Source: Candidatus Karelsulcia muelleri PSPU (GTDB lineage: Bacteria; Bacteroidota; Bacteroidia; Flavobacteriales; Blattabacteriaceae). From it: a DNA stretch of 32,000 nucleotides. Both the position numbers and the translations under genes were made by a program. The notes under the pieces were generated by a model, which was not told the origin of the DNA, searched no databases, and saw nothing but the letters and a program-made list of their open reading frames with translations. The stretch spans positions 120,001 to 152,000 of the forward strand of contig NZ_AP013293.1 of NCBI RefSeq assembly GCF_000829155.1, written 5' to 3'. How positions within the stretch are numbered: position 1 is the stretch's first letter; every line of letters begins with the position of its first letter. This document shows positions 27,517-32,000 of this stretch, one piece after another.

Positions 27517-28580
27517 TAAATTTACAAAAATTAAAAAAAGAATGTATTAAGTTATTAAAAAAACTTATTAACACCCCTTCTCTTTCAAAAGAGGAAAAAA
27601 AAACTGCAGATATTATAGAATCTTTTTTTAAAAAATATAAATTAAATACAAAAAGAAAATATAATAATATATGGATTGAAAATAATAATTATGATTATGA
27701 TAATTATACAATACTATTAAATTCTCATCATGATACGATTAAACCATCTAACGGATGGTATACAGATCCATTTGTAGTTAAAGAAGATGGAGATAAAATT
27801 ATTGGATTAGGAAGTAATGATGCAGGAGGTTCTGTTGTTTCATTGATTGCAACTTTTATTTATATTAATAGTTTACCAAAATATAAATATAAACTTATAC
27901 TTATTATAAGTGCTGAAGAAGAAATTCGTGCCACAAGAGGGGTAGAAAGTATATTATGTGATTTAGGTAAAATAAATTTAGGAATTATAGGAGAACCTAC
28001 AAATATGCAGATGGCAATAGCTGAAAAAGGATTAATTGTTTTAGATTGTTTATCTATTGGAAAAACTGGTCATGCAGCAAGATATGAAGGTATAAACGCT
28101 TTATATATTGCCATAAATGACATAATATGGTTAAAAAATTATGTATTTGAAAAAAAATCAGATTTATTAGGAAAAATAAAATTAACAGTAACAAAAATAC
28201 AATGTGGTATACAAAGAAATGTAATACCAGATACTTGTTATTTTACTGTAGATATTAGAACTAATGAAATATATTCTCATGAAGAGATTATAAATAAAAT
28301 AAAAAAAAATATAAAATCTAAAATAATATCAAGTTCATATAGACTTAAATCATCTTATATAGATGAGAAGAATAAAATTGTAAAAATATCTAAAAATATG
28401 AATATAAAAATATTTGGATCCCCCACTTTATCTGATCAAAGTGTAATGAATTTTCCTACAGTAAAAATAGGAGTAGGGGATAGTTCTCGTTCTCATACTC
28501 CTAATGAGTATATACTTATATCAGAAATAGAAGATGGTATTGATTTATATATAAAAATATTACTTAATTTTATAAAATAA
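27507..28580 (+). CDS. argE: M20-family N-acyl(acetyl/succinyl)ornithine deacylase
   Basis: 357 aa. It has the M20 motifs LLNSHHDTIKP, GLGSNDAGGSVVS, SAEEE, GEPT and GHAA, plus a C-terminal HTPNEY. It overlaps argB by 10 nt. Confidence 0.85.
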   Translation: MSVINLQKLKKECIKLLKKLINTPSLSKEEKKTADIIESFFKKYKLNTKRKYNNIWIENNNYDYDNYTILLNSHHDTIKPSNGWYTDPFVVKEDGDKIIGLGSNDAGGSVVSLIATFIYINSLPKYKYKLILIISAEEEIRATRGVESILCDLGKINLGIIGEPTNMQMAIAEKGLIVLDCLSIGKTGHAARYEGINALYIAINDIIWLKNYVFEKKSDLLGKIKLTVTKIQCGIQRNVIPDTCYFTVDIRTNEIYSHEEIINKIKKNIKSKIISSSYRLKSSYIDEKNKIVKISKNMNIKIFGSPTLSDQSVMNFPTVKIGVGDSSRSHTPNEYILISEIEDGIDLYIKILLNFIK

Positions 28581-28640
28581 TTTTATTATATTTGTATATA
28601 AATAATGTAATTGTATAAAATACCTGTTTTATTATATTTT

Positions 28641-28714
28641 GGTCTGGTAGTTCAGATGGTTAGAATACGTGCCTGTCACGCACGGGGTCGCGGGTTCGAA
28701 TCCCGTCCAGACCG
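28641..28714 (+). tRNA. tRNA-Asp (anticodon GUC)
   Basis: Cloverleaf folded by hand. Acceptor GGTCTGG pairs with CCAGACC. Anticodon stem CGTGC/GCACG has the loop CTGTCAC. T-arm GCGGG/CCCGT has the loop TTCGAAT. Discriminator is G. No CCA is encoded. Confidence 0.9.
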
Positions 28715-28743
28715 CTTATTTTATAAAGATAGTGTATATATAG

Positions 28744-28816
28744 TGACCTGGCTGGGACTCGAACCCAGGACCCTTACATTAAAAGTGTAATGCTCTACCA
28801 ACTGAGCTACCAAGTC
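28744..28816 (-). tRNA. tRNA-Lys (anticodon UUU)
   Basis: The reverse complement GACTTGGTAGCTCAGTTGGTAGAGCATTACACTTTTAATGTAAGGGTCCTGGGTTCGAGTCCCAGCCAGGTCA folds as a cloverleaf. Anticodon stem TTACA/TGTAA has the loop CTTTTAA, and the T-loop is TTCGAGT. It is convergent with tRNA-Asp, 29 bp away. Confidence 0.9.
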
Positions 28817-28862
28817 AATATATAAATATACTATAATTTTATTTTATTTACAAATAAATATT

Positions 28863-29372
28863 TTGAAAATTATACTAATAGGATATATGGGGTCTGGAAA
28901 GACAACTATAGGTAAAAAATTAGCTAATAATTTAAATAATAAATTCTATGATTTAGATAAAAAAATTATAGAATATACTAAAAAAAGTATTTATGAGTTA
29001 TTTGAAATATATGGTGAAAACAAATTCAGAAAATTAGAATATTTTATATTAAAAAAATTTTTAAAAAAAAAAAAATCCTATATTTTATCAGTAGGGGGGG
29101 GAACTCCTTGTTATAACAACAACATATTTTTAATGAAAAAATATTCAAAAATTTTTTATTTAAATGCTGAAATTAATACTTTATTTACCCGTCTTTTAAA
29201 GCAAAAAAAAAATAGACCTTTAATATCAAAATTAGATAAAAATGATTTATATAATTTTATTTGTGATTCTTTGAGTAAAAGATTGTTTTTTTATAAAAAA
29301 GCTGATTTTACAATAAATATAAAAACAAAATCATTATTAGAAATAGTAAAAGAAATAATAAATATTATTTAA
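28863..29372 (+). CDS. aroK: Shikimate kinase
   Basis: 169 aa. The P-loop GYMGSGKTTIGK lies right at the N-terminus, followed by D.D, FR..E, and GGG. The only workable start is the TTG at 28863, because the next ATG would delete the P-loop. Confidence 0.88.
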   Translation: MKIILIGYMGSGKTTIGKKLANNLNNKFYDLDKKIIEYTKKSIYELFEIYGENKFRKLEYFILKKFLKKKKSYILSVGGGTPCYNNNIFLMKKYSKIFYLNAEINTLFTRLLKQKKNRPLISKLDKNDLYNFICDSLSKRLFFYKKADFTINIKTKSLLEIVKEIINII

Positions 29373-29373
29373 T

Positions 29374-30684
29374 ATGTTTTATAAGACATATTTTATAAAA
29401 TATATAAAAAAAAAATTTAATTTAAAAAATAAAAAAATATACGTATCAGTTAGTTCTGGATTAGATAGTATGGTTCTGTTAGATGTTCTTATGAAAATAT
29501 GTAATATTCCAATTTGTGTAATACATTGTAATTTTAAACTAAGAGGTAATGATTCTGATAAAGATGAATTGTTTATACAAGAATTTTGTTTAAAAAACAA
29601 TATTTTTTTTAAATCTAAAAAGTTTAATACAATTAATAGTAATAGTCATTTTTCAATACAAATGATGGCTAGAAAATTTAGATATGATTGGTTTAAATAT
29701 TTATTAAATAATTCATATTGTGATTATATAGCTTTAGGGCATAATTTAGATGATTCAATAGAAACTTTTTTTATTAATATTATTAGAGGTACTGGCATAA
29801 AAGGCTTAATAGGAATTAAGAATTTTAACAAAAAAATTATTAGACCTTTATATTTTTTTCTTAAAAAAGAAATAATATCATATGCGAATGAAAATAATAT
29901 TAAATGGCGTGAAGATATTAGTAATTATGATCATAAATATTTAAGAAATAGAATTAGATTTTTTTTAAAACCAATTTTAGATTATAAATTTTATAATGGA
30001 TTTAAAAAATCTATAAAATATTTATATGATGAATATGTATGTTCTAAAAAACATATTTCTTATCTTTATAAGATAATAACAATTGAAAAAAAAATATACC
30101 CATTTTTAGTTAAAATAGATATAAAAAAATTATTAAAATTATATCCACTTTCGACATATTTATTTAAAATATTTTATAAATATGGATTTAATAATACTAA
30201 AAATTTAAAAAAAATTTTAAATTCTAAATCAGGTAAAAAAATATTTTCAAAAAAATATTGTCTTATAAAAGAGAGAACTACTTTATTATTAGTAGAAAAT
30301 AATATTAATTTTATAAAAAAAAATTATTATATACATAATATAGATACGATTAAAATTCCTTTTTTTATATATTTTTTTCTTTCTGAAAGAAAAAAAAAAA
30401 AATCATATACATCTTTAGATTTTGATAAATTAATTTTTCCATTAAAATTAAGAAATTGTAAAAAAGGTGATAGATTAAATAAAATTGGTATGAAAGGCAA
30501 TAAAAAATTAAGTAAATATTTTAAAGAAAAAAAAATTTCTATTGTTGATAAAACAAATATTTGGGTACTTATTAATGGGGATAAAAAAATAATATGTATT
30601 ATATATGAACGTTTTGAATGTTTAGATAAAAATTTTAAAATTACAAATTTTACAAAAAAAGTTTTAAATTTAAAAAAGCAATAG
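29374..30684 (+). CDS. tilS: tRNA(Ile)-lysidine synthetase
   Basis: 436 aa. It has the PP-loop VSVSSGLDSMVL, ALGHNLDDSIETFFINIIRGTG, IRPL, WREDISN, and a C-terminal R..K.GD...K..G.K.L...F motif. Confidence 0.9.
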   Translation: MFYKTYFIKYIKKKFNLKNKKIYVSVSSGLDSMVLLDVLMKICNIPICVIHCNFKLRGNDSDKDELFIQEFCLKNNIFFKSKKFNTINSNSHFSIQMMARKFRYDWFKYLLNNSYCDYIALGHNLDDSIETFFINIIRGTGIKGLIGIKNFNKKIIRPLYFFLKKEIISYANENNIKWREDISNYDHKYLRNRIRFFLKPILDYKFYNGFKKSIKYLYDEYVCSKKHISYLYKIITIEKKIYPFLVKIDIKKLLKLYPLSTYLFKIFYKYGFNNTKNLKKILNSKSGKKIFSKKYCLIKERTTLLLVENNINFIKKNYYIHNIDTIKIPFFIYFFLSERKKKKSYTSLDFDKLIFPLKLRNCKKGDRLNKIGMKGNKKLSKYFKEKKISIVDKTNIWVLINGDKKIICIIYERFECLDKNFKITNFTKKVLNLKKQ

Positions 30685-30715
30685 TTAAAATTTTTTTTTT
30701 ATATTATAAAAAAAT

Positions 30716-31300
30716 ATGTATTATTTTATAAATACAGCTAATTTAGCTAAAATTAAAGAAGCAGAAAATTTAGGTATATTAGATGGAGTTAATACTAATA
30801 CTTCTTTAATAGTTAAAGAAGGTATAATAAAAAAAAATGATAGATATAGTCATTATAAAAATATTTGCAATATTATCTCAGGAGATTTAAATGCAGATGT
30901 AATATCTACAGATTATAATGATATAATAAAAGAAGGAGAATTTTTATCTAATTTAGATAAAAAAATTATAGTAAAAGTACCTCTGACAAGAGATGGTATT
31001 AAAGCAATAAAATATTTTTCTATTAAAAAAATTAAAACTAATTGTACTTTAGTATTTTCTACAGGTCAAGCATTGTTAGCTGCTAAGGCAGGTGCTAATT
31101 ATATTTCTATTTTTATTGGTCGTTTATATAACACAAATATTATAAAAGAAATAAAACTAATTTATGATAATTATTTTTTTAAAACTAAAATATTAGTTAC
31201 TTCAATTATAAATACTTTCCATATAATATCATGTGCAAAAATAGGTATAGATATAATTACAGCTCCTTTAAATGAAATTAAATTATTATTAAATAATTAA
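30716..31300 (+). CDS. tal: Short (194 aa) transaldolase / fructose-6-phosphate aldolase family protein (TalC/FSA subfamily) with several conserved residues substituted
   Basis: It is collinear with the ~215-aa transaldolases: YFINTAN..IKEAENLGILDGVNTNTSL, the Schiff-base lysine context IIVKVPLT, TNCTLVFSTGQALLAAKAGANYISIFIGR. The N-terminal Asp, the ASIR Arg and the C-terminal ~20-25 aa are altered or missing. Confidence 0.75.
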   Translation: MYYFINTANLAKIKEAENLGILDGVNTNTSLIVKEGIIKKNDRYSHYKNICNIISGDLNADVISTDYNDIIKEGEFLSNLDKKIIVKVPLTRDGIKAIKYFSIKKIKTNCTLVFSTGQALLAAKAGANYISIFIGRLYNTNIIKEIKLIYDNYFFKTKILVTSIINTFHIISCAKIGIDIITAPLNEIKLLLNN

Positions 31301-31305
31301 TGGCT

Positions 31306-32000
31306 TTAATAAGATTTAGCAAAAAGAACACGTTGTTTAGATAAATTTTTTGAAAATATACATTTTCCCATATTTTTTTTTAAATTTATTGGTATGCAAC
31401 GTATTGTAGCATTTGTTTCAACTTTTATTTTTGTTTCTGTTTCAGACGAACCATCCCAATGAGCAAATAAAAATCCACTATTTTTTTTTATTTTTTCTAT
31501 AAATTCTTCATAAGAATCTACTTCTATTAAAAAATTATTTTTTCTTTTAAGAGCTACTTTCAAAATGTTATCTTGAATTTTAGATAAAATTTTTGGAATT
31601 AAAAATTTTAATTTATTAATACTAATATATTTTTTTTCAAGTGTATCCCTTCTTACAACTTCTACAGTTCCTCTATCTATATCTTTTTTTCCTATAGTTA
31701 TTCTTATAGGAATGCCTTTTATTTCATATTCATTAAATTTCCATCCTGGAGTATAATAAATTCTTTTATCATATTTTATATTTATACCTATTTTTTCAAG
31801 AAATTTTTTTAATGGAAATACAAGTTTTTCTATTAAATTAAGTTGTTCTTGAGTTTTATAAACTGGAATAATTACTATTTGTATTGGAGCAATTTTAGGT
31901 GGTAATATTAAACCATTATCATCTGAATGTGTCATAATAATAGCGCCAATTAATCTTGTTGAGATTCCCCATGATGTAGCCCACACATACTCTTTATTTC
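31306..32000 (-). CDS. proS: Prolyl-tRNA synthetase (archaeal/eukaryote-like type), C-terminal ~231 codons. The 5' part of the gene lies beyond the window end.
   Basis: The minus-strand frame stays open to the window edge. The M in the ORF track is a GTG inside ...NKEYVWATSWGISTRLIGAIIMTHSDDNGLILPP. The protein continues through the anticodon-binding domain IQIVIIPV and a C-terminal domain ending in ...FAKSY, with the terminal Tyr typical of this ProRS type. Confidence 0.9.
   Translation of the reverse strand, partial: NKEYVWATSWGISTRLIGAIIMTHSDDNGLILPPKIAPIQIVIIPVYKTQEQLNLIEKLVFPLKKFLEKIGINIKYDKRIYYTPGWKFNEYEIKGIPIRITIGKKDIDRGTVEVVRRDTLEKKYISINKLKFLIPKILSKIQDNILKVALKRKNNFLIEVDSYEEFIEKIKKNSGFLFAHWDGSSETETKIKVETNATIRCIPINLKKNMGKCIFSKNLSKQRVLFAKSY

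Noticed and set aside
4333-29600. Other short opposite-strand ORFs in the track: 4333-4596, 7443-7637, 7931-8191, 9728-9940, 15250-15501, 16574-16786, 19614-19802, 24947-25225 and 29379-29600
   Set aside because: Each is embedded in, or overlaps, a strongly supported housekeeping gene on the plus strand. They translate to low-complexity F/I/L/K-rich peptides with no motifs, and none has its own intergenic context. They are most simply chance open frames.
1-32000. Search for a CRISPR array, insertion sequences or transposases, integrases, prophage genes, toxin-antitoxin pairs, restriction-modification or other defence islands, and rRNA or other structured RNA genes
   Set aside because: I saw no direct-repeat/spacer architecture and no inverted terminal repeats. 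No ORF lacks a housekeeping assignment. The only non-coding gap above ~60 bp (2471-2796) is nearly pure A/T with no GC-rich structured-RNA signature. The window appears to be core genome of a reduced symbiont, not an accessory region.

Overview
This window is extremely AT-rich (judged by eye, not computed) and almost gap-free. It holds 24 protein-coding genes (2 run off the window edges) and 3 tRNAs. Several start and stop codons overlap (ATGA, TAATG). The genetic code looks standard: TGA is used as a stop and TGG encodes Trp.

The gene content and protein signatures fit a reduced genome of an obligate intracellular bacterium of the Bacteroidetes/Flavobacteriia lineage, such as a Sulcia- or Blattabacterium-like insect nutritional symbiont. 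The signatures are an archaeal-type ProRS C-terminus, RNase Y, a Bacteroidetes-type ArgF' with FMHCLPVRRN, and a GNAT placed next to ArgG. I cannot assign a species without a database search.

Gene order is as follows.
- Minus strand, 1-2470: mnmA (partial), dnaJ, grpE.
- Plus strand, 2797-28714: rny, lpdA, dnaB, an M42-peptidase homolog, pta, ackA, mnmE, a UvrD/PcrA-type helicase, tRNA-Val, dnaE, then an 11-kb co-directional arginine block (GNAT-argG fusion, argC, argD, carA, carB, argF', argB, argE), then tRNA-Asp.
- After that: tRNA-Lys (minus), aroK, tilS, a small transaldolase/FSA-family gene, and proS (minus, partial).

I found no CRISPR array, transposase, integrase, phage gene, toxin-antitoxin pair or defence-like gene, and no sizeable ORF without an ordinary housekeeping assignment. 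I therefore do not claim a novel system here.

The points worth a second look are all products of reductive evolution.
- Two apparent domain fusions: GNAT+ArgG, and DEDDh exonuclease+DnaE.
- An N-terminally truncated RNase Y behind the only long non-coding gap.
- A DnaJ with only two of the four zinc-finger motifs.
- Two enzyme homologs with substituted catalytic residues: the M42 peptidase and the transaldolase.
- A 9-bp tandem repeat that forms both the ackA C-terminus and several in-frame mnmE start codons.
- An 11-bp phased A-tract array upstream of grpE.
- Many in-frame poly(A) runs of 11 to 17 nt.
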